From: Trichomonas gallinae
Lineage: Eukaryota
Reading direction: 5' to 3'
NCBI GenBank assembly: GCA_008369845.1
Contig: MRSU01001097.1
Coordinates: 1 to 36,486, forward strand
Length of the DNA stretch: 36,486 nt
The notes under the pieces are model-generated. The model searched no databases and was not told the origin of the DNA. It saw only the letters and a program-made list of their open reading frames with translations. Below are positions 9,578-20,070 of the stretch, one piece after another; position 1 is the first letter of the stretch, and each line of letters opens with the position of its first letter. The position numbers and the translations under genes are program-made.

Positions 9578-11137
9578 ATGCTTAATTTTTTGTTATTTGA
9601 GAGAATATATGTGAAAAAATTAGGCACTTCCACTCAATGCTTACAAAATAAGCCATGCGATTATTCTTATGGTTTCAAAACTGCAAAACCGGGCGATAAT
9701 ATTATTATTTTAGACGAAGAAATCGAAAAACCTAAACATTTACAGTGGCTTCGTGATTTATTTAAGAATTGTTCTCGTCTTGGAGTATCAATTGATGGAT
9801 CTGGAATCAATGTGAAAGGAAATGATCAAATGTTTCCAGGAAATACATTTATCAACATAGAAAAAGCAAAAAACATACAGATTAAGAATTTTGTATTCTC
9901 CAACTTTATTCAACCAGTGTTTTCATTCAAAAATTCCGAAATTGAAATCGAAAACTTGCAATTTCTTTCATCAAATACTAAAAAGAACCAGATCGAATTC
10001 AATGTAATCGATTCTAAAATCAAATTCACACGTGTAAAACTTCATAAATGCACTTCCCACGACTCTCCATTATTTAAATTTACAAACTCAAATGTTGAAT
10101 TTGATAATTTATCAATTTCATACAATTTTGTCTTCCATGAATTTCGTATGCCAGTTATTTACTCGATTAATTCTGAAATTACAATTTTCAATTCAAAATT
10201 CGAAAACAACAATTCTCCAACTGCTCCATTCATTCAGCTTGAATCACTAAGTACATTAAATATAAGTAATACCATATTTGATTCAGTTTCTCATTCATCT
10301 TTGATTCATTCATATCATAACATCAAAGTATCAATAGTAAACACATCATTTATTAATGCCCATGGATCAATTTATACATCAACATCAAAAGATTCACTTA
10401 CAATGGATGATTGTCAAATAATCAATTCTGCATCGACAGCAAAGCCTCTTATATATACCCAGAGATCAACTAGCGTAATAAAGAACTGTGCATTCGAAAA
10501 TAATGCTGGAAATTCAATTATTGGAAGCATTGCAAATTCAAATGTTGAAATTATTGGCTGCGTATTTGATTCAAATAAGCCAGAGCACTCGATAATTCTC
10601 GCTGATATCAAATCAAAAGTATTTGTTGAAATCTGCAATTTTGAAAATTCGAAATCACAAGAAGGAGTCATTTCTGCAACACACAACAGCGCTGTTTCTG
10701 TTTCTAACTCATACTTCTCTAAATCATGGGTCAAATCGATTAATATCGTTTCTTCTAAAGGTTTTATAACAAATTCTGAATTTGAGCAATTTTCTTATTA
10801 TTCGGATACTGTTATGAGCAACTACTTCGGAACACTTAATGTTGATAATTCAACAATCAAAGGTTCATCAATTAATGGAGTTATTGAAAATTACGGCAAA
10901 TCAAAGCTTCAGCGACTCAATTTTGATGCTGGAATAGAAAGATCACTTCCAAACAATTTGCATTTTGTTTGCAAAGACTGCAAATTTGCAGATTCGTTGA
11001 TTCTTACAAAAGTTGATAAAAGCTCAATAATTGTTACATTTATTGCAGCCCTCATCGCTGGAGGCATAATTTCTTCCACAAAAAGCTACGTAATACGTTT
11101 TATCAGCAGCTTATTCGAAATCAACCCGAATTATTAA
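9578..11137 (+). CDS. Right-handed beta-helix (pectin-lyase-like/Pmp-like) membrane-anchored protein, ~519 aa
   Basis: N/S/I/F-rich periodic strands with FxxN turns (SKFENNN, CAFENNAG, CVFDSNK), N-terminal cap motif PC....AKPGDNIII, short hydrophobic N-terminus and C-terminal TM (IIVTFIAALIAGGII). Start moved to the first ATG. Confidence 0.7.
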   Translation: MLNFLLFERIYVKKLGTSTQCLQNKPCDYSYGFKTAKPGDNIIILDEEIEKPKHLQWLRDLFKNCSRLGVSIDGSGINVKGNDQMFPGNTFINIEKAKNIQIKNFVFSNFIQPVFSFKNSEIEIENLQFLSSNTKKNQIEFNVIDSKIKFTRVKLHKCTSHDSPLFKFTNSNVEFDNLSISYNFVFHEFRMPVIYSINSEITIFNSKFENNNSPTAPFIQLESLSTLNISNTIFDSVSHSSLIHSYHNIKVSIVNTSFINAHGSIYTSTSKDSLTMDDCQIINSASTAKPLIYTQRSTSVIKNCAFENNAGNSIIGSIANSNVEIIGCVFDSNKPEHSIILADIKSKVFVEICNFENSKSQEGVISATHNSAVSVSNSYFSKSWVKSINIVSSKGFITNSEFEQFSYYSDTVMSNYFGTLNVDNSTIKGSSINGVIENYGKSKLQRLNFDAGIERSLPNNLHFVCKDCKFADSLILTKVDKSSIIVTFIAALIAGGIISSTKSYVIRFISSLFEINPNY

Positions 11138-11476
11138 ATATAATCTAATAGAAGATCATTGTATGTCCAAAATATCTTGTATTGCATAATTTTATACAGA
11201 ATAAACTTGTATTTTAGAACAAAAAAAAATTTATACTTTATAATAGCTTATTTATTTAACATTTTACTTACTACATCATCCCAAATATGTGAACAATGTA
11301 ATATTAGCCTCTACATTAGTTTAAAAATTAATTTTTGAATATTTTTTATTTTTATTCAAAAACTACATGACAACTGCTTTATTTTAAAAAAATGCGAACT
11401 TTTAAGTATGATGCTATATAAAAGAAAAATCAAAAATTATATTTTGGAGAAAAGCGAGTAGTTTGTTTTATTCTAT

Positions 11477-13216
11477 TTATTTCTTCTTCTCGAAGAATGG
11501 CTGAACCTGGAGCTCGAAGGCGACGACTGGCTTCGTCATATCGAAGTTGATAAGAACAGATGGGTGAATGACGCCGATCCAGCCGACCTCCTGGCCGTAG
11601 TACATGATGGCGGCGCGTTGGCCTGGGATGCATGTTGGGTGATCAGCTCTGACAAGCTTTGTATTCTCGATTGCAGCCTGGCCGTTGAGGATAAGGAATC
11701 TCTCGAGCAAGCCGTGCAAGTCAGCGAACCTAGACTTGACGTCGCAGATTGTTGCGCAGAGTCTCTTCTCGTTCCTAGCGTTGATCTCGGAATTCTTGTC
11801 GAGAAGGACAACATCTGAGCACTCGAAGAGTCTGAGTGGTAAGATGTTCTTAAGGTTTGGCTGGGAAAGGATCTTCTTGTTGACCTTCAATAAGCCTCCG
11901 AGAAGATTTGTTCTGACAATTTCGAAATCGATTGTCTTAGCGTTCTTCAATGTAGCAGCGAGGCCGTCGTCGGCGACGTTGAGCATGTCGTAGCATTCCT
12001 TCTTAGAGCAGAGAGAGAATGTGAGAACTTGGTCCCAAAGAGCGCCAGCGAACTCTTTGCTGAGTCTGTCGACGTACTCGAAGATTGGGAGTGGGCGGCC
12101 AGCTGTCAATGGCTTCCTGGCGAGCTCATTAATCTTATTGTAGCCGTAAGCGATAGCAACATCCTCAGCGATATCGCATGGGTGGAGGACGTCGGAGCGT
12201 GTTGGTGGAACTGTGACTTTCATCTTTCCACCGCCGATTGATTTGGCGACAAGTTGCATCTTGTGGAGGAGGGATATGATCATCTCTTCTGTGAGGTCTG
12301 GGATGGATGTCATTGAGCGGATGTACTCAACGTCGACATCGAAGTCGATATAATTGAATGCTGGGTAAACGAGCTCCTGGTCTGGTGTAACGACGTTGAC
12401 CTGCTCGATGGAGTACTTGTCATCGCAGTAAATGGAGAAAGCGGCGCAGAGGACGATGACGGCGTTCATTGCGCGTGTCAAGTCTGTGGCTGTGCATTCG
12501 ATGAAGATGTTCTTTGTATCGATGGTGATCTTGGAGAAGTCTGAGTTGATGATTGGTGGAAGGCTCATGACGTTGCCCTTGATATCGCGGACGACTGGCC
12601 ATGTGTCGAATGGGTCAAGGAGTGGGAGATACTTAGAGAGCTGCTGGTGTTCCTTGAGGTTCTCGTATAATTGGCGACCGTTGACCTCTGGTCCGCCTGT
12701 TAATGGAACGAAAATGATATCTTCTGGTTTTTCAGCTGTGTATGTGAACTTTGCCTCCATACCTGGGTAGATAACCTTGTCGAGGTCGTGTGTACCGATT
12801 GAGGCGAGTGTACGGCGTCTGCAGAGGTTGTGGTGGAGCTTGTCCTGGAAATCGATGAATGACTTCATGCTTCTCTCGGTGAAATGGATTCCACGCAAGA
12901 CAGCGGAGACCAAGAATGGACGGACGTTAGCGACAGACTTGTCAACAACGATTTTTGTTGTTGGTGGGAGAATCTTATAAGGTGGATGGTCCTTTCCGAG
13001 GAAAGATTTCAGGTTCTCTGCGAGGCTCTCGACGCTGAGAAGGTCCGGTCTGTTCGCTGGACAGTCGATCTTGTAGTATTCGATTCCTTCTTCCTCGACG
13101 ACGTCGTCTAATTCAAGGCCGAATGCTGTGAGGAGCTTCTCGAGCTCTTCCTTCGTCATCTTTCCTACGCCCATGAGGTTGTAGAGTTCATCTGGAATAA
13201 CAGAAACACCAGGCAT
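11477..13216 (-). CDS. FARSB: Phenylalanyl-tRNA synthetase beta subunit (eukaryotic cytosolic type), 579 aa
   Basis: Motifs YKIDCPANRPDLLSVE, FQDKLHHNLCRRRTLASIGTHDLD, SLPPIINS, VPPTRSDVLHPCDIAEDVAIAYGY and GVIHPSVLINF. Strongly C/G-ending codon bias. Confidence 0.97.
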   Translation of the reverse strand: MPGVSVIPDELYNLMGVGKMTKEELEKLLTAFGLELDDVVEEEGIEYYKIDCPANRPDLLSVESLAENLKSFLGKDHPPYKILPPTTKIVVDKSVANVRPFLVSAVLRGIHFTERSMKSFIDFQDKLHHNLCRRRTLASIGTHDLDKVIYPGMEAKFTYTAEKPEDIIFVPLTGGPEVNGRQLYENLKEHQQLSKYLPLLDPFDTWPVVRDIKGNVMSLPPIINSDFSKITIDTKNIFIECTATDLTRAMNAVIVLCAAFSIYCDDKYSIEQVNVVTPDQELVYPAFNYIDFDVDVEYIRSMTSIPDLTEEMIISLLHKMQLVAKSIGGGKMKVTVPPTRSDVLHPCDIAEDVAIAYGYNKINELARKPLTAGRPLPIFEYVDRLSKEFAGALWDQVLTFSLCSKKECYDMLNVADDGLAATLKNAKTIDFEIVRTNLLGGLLKVNKKILSQPNLKNILPLRLFECSDVVLLDKNSEINARNEKRLCATICDVKSRFADLHGLLERFLILNGQAAIENTKLVRADHPTCIPGQRAAIMYYGQEVGWIGVIHPSVLINFDMTKPVVAFELQVQPFFEKKK

Positions 13217-13780
13217 GAAAAAATTTTTTAGTTTGAGAAAAGAGTGGTCGTGTGTTTTTTTCGCGTTTTTGGCTATCTATACATCTTAACAATGTTATTT
13301 TTTATTGAATTCGAATTCAGCCGTAGCAGAAAAGTGACGGATATTTATCCAATTCATTAAAAACATTATAAAAATACATCATAACTTATTATAAATATAG
13401 TTATGAGATTTTTTGTAGAAAATATTAATTGTGAGTAGGTTTTTTGACGACTTTTTTCATTTTTATTTAATTTATAGATTCTATATCATATTTAGTATTA
13501 TTTTTTAAAACAAATCCGTTTTGGCTGAAAAGTGACTTTGTTCAGAAAGATTTTTTATTTGATATTTGAGTATTTCATAATGTATATAGTAATTTGGCAA
13601 AGATTTGCCAAATAATGTCACTTTTTATCGACCACTTTTCTATTCATTTTTTATACGTTCCAATTTTAGTGTATATCAGATCTCTATTGGTAGAATATTT
13701 TATTTCCGTGTTCCAATTTCCGATATTCGTTTAATACAACGGTGAACCCAAAAAATATTCATGAATAACTCTTTTCATTC

Positions 13781-14053
13781 ATGTTAGTTGTATGCAATAG
13801 AATACTTTGATACTTGGTAGTTATCTCATATGAAAATACTTTAAAAATAATTTAACATTTGCAAATATTCAAATTTTCAAAAATAATAAACAGATACATA
13901 TGTAAAAATAAATCTTTCTATGTTAGTTGCATAAAATAGTCATATCTAATGCTAAGTAATTATTTCATATGAGGATTGTTAAAAAAATAATTTGAATTTT
14001 GCAATTATTTAAATTTTAAAAATAAATAAACAGATATATAAATAAAATAAGGA
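13781..14053. repeat. Degenerate tandem duplication, 2 x ~139 bp, covering the 3' flank of the rotatin-like gene
   Basis: Units start atgttagttg at 13781 and 13920. Both carry tcatatga, aaaaataattt, tttgcaa and aataaacagata in the same order. Confidence 0.8.
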
Positions 14054-17000
14054 TTACACAGTGTGCTTAGCGTCTTTGACCATGCTCTTGAAGATCTCTA
14101 TGATGTCACGATCTTTTTCTGGATCGCATTCGAGCAAAATGTTTGCTTTGAGGCCATTCCACCTCTTCTTGTCGCGAATCAAGTTGCGAAGGAAGATAAG
14201 GAACATCTTGCTCTCCTTTACAACAGCACCAACAGTTACAAAGTAAAGAAGAAGCTCAGATACACGTGTTAACTCATACAAGTGATCTAGGCCATCTTCG
14301 TACATCGTCATTGTAATAAACACGCGCAGCCATCCATCGAGAAGTGTCTTGTTGGAGTCACCAGCATACCTTCTCACCTGATTGACGTATTTAGCGATGA
14401 GATGCCTGTTCGTACAGACTCTGTTTCGGACTGATCTCGAGTGCAAAATGTTGGAGAATAACTCCAAAAGTAACATCGGCTCTTCTTGCTTGTGAAGGTC
14501 ACTAACGAGTTCTAAGAGTCTCTCAAGTAGTGTTGGCCCTTTGATCTGCTCTGTGAACGTCTTCTGTGTGTGATCGTTGTACTTCACGAAGCACAAGAAG
14601 AAGTGAAGTGTTGACTTGTGCGGAGAGAATAATTCGTGCAATGTTTCGACACCACAAGTATCCCTGATTGTGTTCTGTGCATCGGGATAGTTGTATGTGA
14701 ACTGTGACAATGTGGTGTAAACAACGTCTCTGCGGTTTTGGTCAACGTGAAGAAGTTCTGTTAAAATTAAATCCATGAAAGAATTTTCAAGACAAATCTT
14801 GCGCGCGCTCATTGACTGCTGGAAGATTTGGTTCATAACATGGTGTAATTTGAACGATACATACTGTCTGTCAACGAATGACTTGTACAGCTCAAGAACT
14901 TTCTCCATTGATTCGTCTGGGAACTCTATGCCCAAAAGTAGCAAACGATTCATGCAGACGAGAATCATATCAATGTCAACGTCAGCTCCCAGTGCATCAG
15001 TAATGTAAAACAGCATCTGGGAGTCGAAGTTTCTCAATGTATCGTCAGAAAAAGTTGGAAGAACATAGAGAATTGGCTCTGTGTATTCATCTATGTTAAT
15101 CAAATCTTCCAAAGCGTTGAATATTGCTTTGTCAGTGATGTCGAATCCAGCGAGAGCATTAATTGCTGCCAAACAGAAGATCTGGGATGATTCGCTGTTG
15201 AGATACTTAAGGACGAACTCCTGGAAGACAGGAATTGTCGCTCTGACTTCTTTGATGGAAAGAAGTCTAAGGAGATAGAAAGTGAATGGATTTTCTCCTG
15301 ACTGGTTATAGAATAACTGTGTCATAATCATGTTTGGAACTTCATTTGTATTATAATATTCAACTAAAAACTCAACAGCAGCTGCCCTTGAGCAGATCGC
15401 TTCTCTTTCGTCTGTTGCACAAGCTATTGCTGCCTTTGAGTTGATTTCTGTTAATTCCGAGCAGTGGAACGCGAAAGATTTAATCAATGGATCTTTTGAG
15501 ACAATAAAATTGTTTCCGATCGATGAACGGCCTAAAGTCGAGAATATAGTGATCATTTGCCTTAAAACATTCGTTGGGAGCTTTTCGTCAAACAGGTACT
15601 TAATGGATTCGTAGTCTAAGCCCTCCAAACTGTGCTTTTGATTGCAGCGAGCAACTAAAAATCCCAAAGCAGTGCGGCGAAGTTTTTCATCTAAAATATA
15701 TTCATTGATCTTCTCCGGCATCTGTACTTCGCCACCGAACTCAGTCTCCACCTGTGCGAGCTTCAGTCCGAGGTCAGGACACTGAGGAAGCAGTTTATTG
15801 CAGATTTCGATTCCTTTTTGCGTCGCCTTCTTCGCGGAAATTGTTGCAACAATTATCGAATACATAACATTTCCTGGAGTGTCGCTGCCCATGAGAACAC
15901 CTGGCGCGTATGGGTCTTCATCTAATTGGAGTATGAAATCTGAAGATAGAGAAGGATCAACCATATTCAGTGGAGTAACAAGATCCAATTTAATTTCTTT
16001 TCTTATTGGTTTCTTGTGAATAACTTTGAACTGTGTCCACTCTTTCACGACGCCTTCGAGCGGGAATCTGTCAATCGGCTGATAGAACTCAGGGTCATAA
16101 TATCCATTGCAGCCTGGAATAGTAAATGCTGCTTGTGCATATCTAGGAATTCGCAACAAATTGGATCCGTCGACTTCTATGTAGCAAATTGGCTCAAAAG
16201 CAGCACGCGCGAGAATTGGAAGCAAATCACCGACATTGGATGTGTTTATTGCCTTCATCAGCTCGATTATTCTCTCCCTTGAGTCGATTTTCATTGATCC
16301 ATCGCGAATTGAAACGGCGTGCATCAAAATTGGGAATTTTGCAAACGGTAACTGGTGTAATTGTGGAAGCAGCTTCTTGACATTGCAGTATGGGTTCAAA
16401 ATATTCTTAGCAAGCTGCATTGCCGCAACGTTTTTCGCTGGATCAATTTGATCTTTGTTGAAAATGATGTCAACGAATGTTTGACCTTCTTGTTGGTAAT
16501 CTGAAAGATCGCCAGGGAGTCTTAGCTTGTCAATGAGCCCTTTTGCCGCTGCATCTTGCATTTTCAAATCTTCTTCATCGAAATTGACTTCGAAACCTAC
16601 GAGCTTTGTAAGAGCTGACATGGCCTGGTCACGGATCCAGTCATCCTTTGAGAACAAATAGCGAACCCAGCCGCAAATCAAATTAAATTCGTCAGAACTA
16701 TCGATAGCATCGGAAATTCCCTTGAAAATTGTGCTTCCTGACTTGAGAGGAAGACATTGCAAGCATGCTAATTGCTTTGGCGTGAGTCCTTTCTGAATTA
16801 AATTATCTAATTGCTGAATAAGCAACTGTGAGGCCTCATTTTGAACAACTTTATCGAATAAACCAGCTGATATGAGTGTGTCTGCAAACTCGGTCACATC
16901 AAATGATGAACCCAAAGCTTTTTTGTAGAATGTGCTTCTTACTTCATCATCTGGATGTGAAGCAAGTATAGATTTGTCAACTCTCTCGAATACTTTATCA

Positions 17001-17686
17001 AAATCGCAGAAAGGAATCAAATTTCTGTCTATTTTCGCAGATCCATTATTCATTTCATTTATTTTTTCGATATAGTTTTGAATGAGCTGTATATCGTTTC
17101 TATTTCCCTCTGGAGAAATCGCAATAAGCTTTTTATGAAGCTCTGGATGCAAAATCGCGATTTCCGGATCCAAAATCGGCAATCCAGGGATTACGAACTG
17201 TGCGAGTGCGACGATTTCGAGTAATGGTATGCGAAGATTCTTAATATTCGTGTAAGCCACCGCGTACTCTACTATTTGTGGAGTTGGAGCAGTTTTTGAT
17301 ACATTAAGCAATTCTTTGATTGTTAGACACACGAATGGCTGCAATTGTTGTTTTGAAAACAGCTGTGTGCAAAGATCAGCGAATGTTAAACAATATGGCG
17401 CGATAATTTTTTGAAGTTTGTTATTTTCGTAGTTTTTGTTTACAACACGTTTATCATGCTCCATGTTGAGTCGTACTGCTAATTTTCTGCACCAAATTCG
17501 AAGAACCGATAAAGCTTGGAGATTTTGCGAAATTTCGATCGACAATAAAGAATCTTGAATTCTTTTCAGTATTTCTGCATCCCTTAGAATGGCCTCAGCT
17601 GGGGCATCGTCTAGGAATTTAGATAATTTATCGAAAAACTCTGCATCTGAGAGTTTTTCCATTTTTTTGAAATTCCAAACGTCCAT
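14054..17686 (-). CDS. RTTN: Rotatin-like (RTTN/Ana3) ARM/HEAT centriole/basal-body protein, 1210 aa
   Basis: Leu-rich alpha-solenoid. C-terminal LLELFSNILHSRSVRNRV and LLDGWLRVFITMTMYEDGLDHL resemble the rotatin C-terminus (LLSNLALS..CK..I; WLKLLLNIS..EDGQ..IL). VRYLFSKDDWIRDQA resembles the rotatin mid-region. The ORF is certain; the identity is from memory. Confidence 0.6.
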   Translation of the reverse strand: MDVWNFKKMEKLSDAEFFDKLSKFLDDAPAEAILRDAEILKRIQDSLLSIEISQNLQALSVLRIWCRKLAVRLNMEHDKRVVNKNYENNKLQKIIAPYCLTFADLCTQLFSKQQLQPFVCLTIKELLNVSKTAPTPQIVEYAVAYTNIKNLRIPLLEIVALAQFVIPGLPILDPEIAILHPELHKKLIAISPEGNRNDIQLIQNYIEKINEMNNGSAKIDRNLIPFCDFDKVFERVDKSILASHPDDEVRSTFYKKALGSSFDVTEFADTLISAGLFDKVVQNEASQLLIQQLDNLIQKGLTPKQLACLQCLPLKSGSTIFKGISDAIDSSDEFNLICGWVRYLFSKDDWIRDQAMSALTKLVGFEVNFDEEDLKMQDAAAKGLIDKLRLPGDLSDYQQEGQTFVDIIFNKDQIDPAKNVAAMQLAKNILNPYCNVKKLLPQLHQLPFAKFPILMHAVSIRDGSMKIDSRERIIELMKAINTSNVGDLLPILARAAFEPICYIEVDGSNLLRIPRYAQAAFTIPGCNGYYDPEFYQPIDRFPLEGVVKEWTQFKVIHKKPIRKEIKLDLVTPLNMVDPSLSSDFILQLDEDPYAPGVLMGSDTPGNVMYSIIVATISAKKATQKGIEICNKLLPQCPDLGLKLAQVETEFGGEVQMPEKINEYILDEKLRRTALGFLVARCNQKHSLEGLDYESIKYLFDEKLPTNVLRQMITIFSTLGRSSIGNNFIVSKDPLIKSFAFHCSELTEINSKAAIACATDEREAICSRAAAVEFLVEYYNTNEVPNMIMTQLFYNQSGENPFTFYLLRLLSIKEVRATIPVFQEFVLKYLNSESSQIFCLAAINALAGFDITDKAIFNALEDLINIDEYTEPILYVLPTFSDDTLRNFDSQMLFYITDALGADVDIDMILVCMNRLLLLGIEFPDESMEKVLELYKSFVDRQYVSFKLHHVMNQIFQQSMSARKICLENSFMDLILTELLHVDQNRRDVVYTTLSQFTYNYPDAQNTIRDTCGVETLHELFSPHKSTLHFFLCFVKYNDHTQKTFTEQIKGPTLLERLLELVSDLHKQEEPMLLLELFSNILHSRSVRNRVCTNRHLIAKYVNQVRRYAGDSNKTLLDGWLRVFITMTMYEDGLDHLYELTRVSELLLYFVTVGAVVKESKMFLIFLRNLIRDKKRWNGLKANILLECDPEKDRDIIEIFKSMVKDAKHTV

Positions 17687-18001
17687 TTTCTAGTTTTGAC
17701 GAAACTAATTCAGCAATGACTATTTTTTATTCGATATTTTAGCTGTATATGAATGGATAAAATAAATACTTGAAAATTATGTAAAAATTCTCATTTTTTG
17801 ATATCAAAATTTTATTTTTGCTTTTTGGAGCTCCAAAAAAGTTGATACCAAAATTGCGTGAAAACAAACAAAAGCAGGACAAATAAGATTTGGCTTTTAT
17901 AGTATAATTTCCGAAGATAGTGAGATTAATTATTTATTTGACATGTAAGTCGATTTTACATTTCAAAAATGATTTTTACATGACAAAAATGAAATAATGA
18001 T

Positions 18002-19012
18002 ATGATTGTGCAGAAAAATAGAATTCGAGACAGAAAGTTTATCATTTTCATAACATATTTAGCTAACATTGCTATATTTATTACGCCTATTGTCATAAAA
18101 TTGACCCAAATTGATGAGAAACAGATTAATATAAACGATATCTCAACTTCATTCGAAAAAAAGATATATATTGCAGTAATGTCTGGTGCATCACTCAAAG
18201 ATGCTATTGCATATACTTATTCTCAATGGTACGAAATATTAAGATTTTCGAATTTTTCTTCAGGTGTAGGTTTTTATATTGACGGTGCAATACAAAACAA
18301 TGGTGGTGATATACCATACCACTTCATTAATGACCCTGAAGACATATCAACACATAAATTAATATCAAAACTATTTTCTGCTCTAAAATTCTTTCTTGAA
18401 AACACGAATGCAGGATGGTTTCTGCGTATATGCGAAGATACTGTTGTGAATTTAGAAACATTTCCTCAGTTTTTATCCGAATTAAATGAAAATTTTAATC
18501 CTTATCAAGATTTCGTGATTCAAGGTGCCTGCCTAGGCAAAACGAACAGCACATACATGCAAGGAGGTTCAGGCTTCGTATTTTCGAGAAGAGCCGCATT
18601 AAAGATTTTCGAAGACTACAAGTGGTTCAGAGACGCTTCTCACGTCAATAAAGCTGATGACAGGCTGCTTGGTTACTACCTCGACGAACTCAAAGTTCCA
18701 CCAGCAAATTACACGTCCAGATGGTTCTTAGGTCATTCTTTCTTTAGACGCACGAGTGCTTATGAAGCTATTGCCAATCTAACGGATGTTCCTGCTTGCA
18801 CTGAGCCTGTGTCGCGTAAGGGGTGCAGAAGATTCTTCACGCGCGTCAAAGATATTACTTTTTGGCACGATAGAGTGAAATTTGATGATTTTGTTGTCCA
18901 ATATGAGAAAATTAGACAAATAACACCTGATAACCTCTATTTCTACGTCCCAATAAACAAGCCAGTTCTCTGCATTGGCAATGAATCCATCAAATCAGGT
19001 TATTACGATTGA
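18002..19012 (+). CDS. Type II membrane glycosyltransferase, GT31/Fringe/beta-1,3-galactosyltransferase-like, 336 aa
   Basis: Short basic N-tail and TM, then WFLRICEDTVVNL (DxD position), YMQGGSGFVFSRRA and ADDRLLGYYL, which are the GT31-type motifs. Confidence 0.8.
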   Translation: MIVQKNRIRDRKFIIFITYLANIAIFITPIVIKLTQIDEKQININDISTSFEKKIYIAVMSGASLKDAIAYTYSQWYEILRFSNFSSGVGFYIDGAIQNNGGDIPYHFINDPEDISTHKLISKLFSALKFFLENTNAGWFLRICEDTVVNLETFPQFLSELNENFNPYQDFVIQGACLGKTNSTYMQGGSGFVFSRRAALKIFEDYKWFRDASHVNKADDRLLGYYLDELKVPPANYTSRWFLGHSFFRRTSAYEAIANLTDVPACTEPVSRKGCRRFFTRVKDITFWHDRVKFDDFVVQYEKIRQITPDNLYFYVPINKPVLCIGNESIKSGYYD

Positions 19013-19394
19013 ATTTCTTAAATAAATTGTTTGTATTTTGTATTTAATATCAATAATGAACAGATAATTTATTTATAAAGTTATATCATATCAAATTGGA
19101 AAATGATTAAAATTATAGCTCACTTTCTTCCGAATGATACGAGAGAAGTCAAATCTTATTTGTTCTACTTTAGTTTGTTTTCACACAAGTTTGTGAGTAT
19201 GATTCTTCTTATCAATTTCATGAATTAATTTCGAGTTTCGCAAAAAAAATCGAGTTATATTTTATATATGAATAATTTACAAACAATTTTTGAAAAAAGC
19301 ATTGCAGTTGAAATGCACAACTAACAGCACTGTCTTTGCATCATCAATACTATTAGTGCATAAGTTAATAATAGAAAAAAAATTAAAAAGCAAA

Positions 19395-20060
19395 TTAGTA
19401 AACTTCTGCATCATCAGAGCCACCACAGCAATAATCATCGTCGCTGCTCCAGTCATCATCAGAGATGTTTTCTCCTTCTGGATAATCAATTCCTTCATGT
19501 TCACTAGAATAATCATTGTGATCACTTTCAACCTGTTCCACATCGATATCAAACTTGACATGCTTAACTTCACATATTTCTGGGACTTCTAATCCTTCAA
19601 ATGGTTTTAGTCCTTCACGTATGTTCTTGTTTATTCGTTCTATCAGCTTTAATGGTGGTTGATAAACATTGTATGGCATAGATTGGCGCTTAATAATGAC
19701 ATCTTCTTCATCTTCTTCGAAATCGGAACCCATAAGTTCTTTGAACTCGTTGTAATAGCGCTCATCATCATTCGTTTCCATCTGGGCTTGGACTTGAGCG
19801 AGACAGTCTTGTGGCGGCTGTTCTTGTTCTTGGTCGGGTGGAATTTCGACTTCTTGTTGCTGCATTTGTTCACGAAATGCTCGAACTTCGGGAGGAATGT
19901 TGGAAATTGGCTGAATGTGGACTGGAAAGTTTGGTTTGAAATTTGGATCATTAAACATTGCATCATTCATCAGATTTTCCATGAATTCCTTCTCTTCGTC
20001 GTCTTGGTTAACAGGATCGTAAACACGTCTTGGTCTCTGTTGACTCTGGCTAGGAAACAT
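19395..20060 (-). CDS. Acidic, low-complexity hypothetical protein, 221 aa
   Basis: ATG-to-TAA ORF with coding-like composition between AT-rich flanks. D/E/Q/P-rich; no family recognised. Confidence 0.75.
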   Translation of the reverse strand: MFPSQSQQRPRRVYDPVNQDDEEKEFMENLMNDAMFNDPNFKPNFPVHIQPISNIPPEVRAFREQMQQQEVEIPPDQEQEQPPQDCLAQVQAQMETNDDERYYNEFKELMGSDFEEDEEDVIIKRQSMPYNVYQPPLKLIERINKNIREGLKPFEGLEVPEICEVKHVKFDIDVEQVESDHNDYSSEHEGIDYPEGENISDDDWSSDDDYCCGGSDDAEVY

Positions 20061-20070
20061 TTATTTTTTT

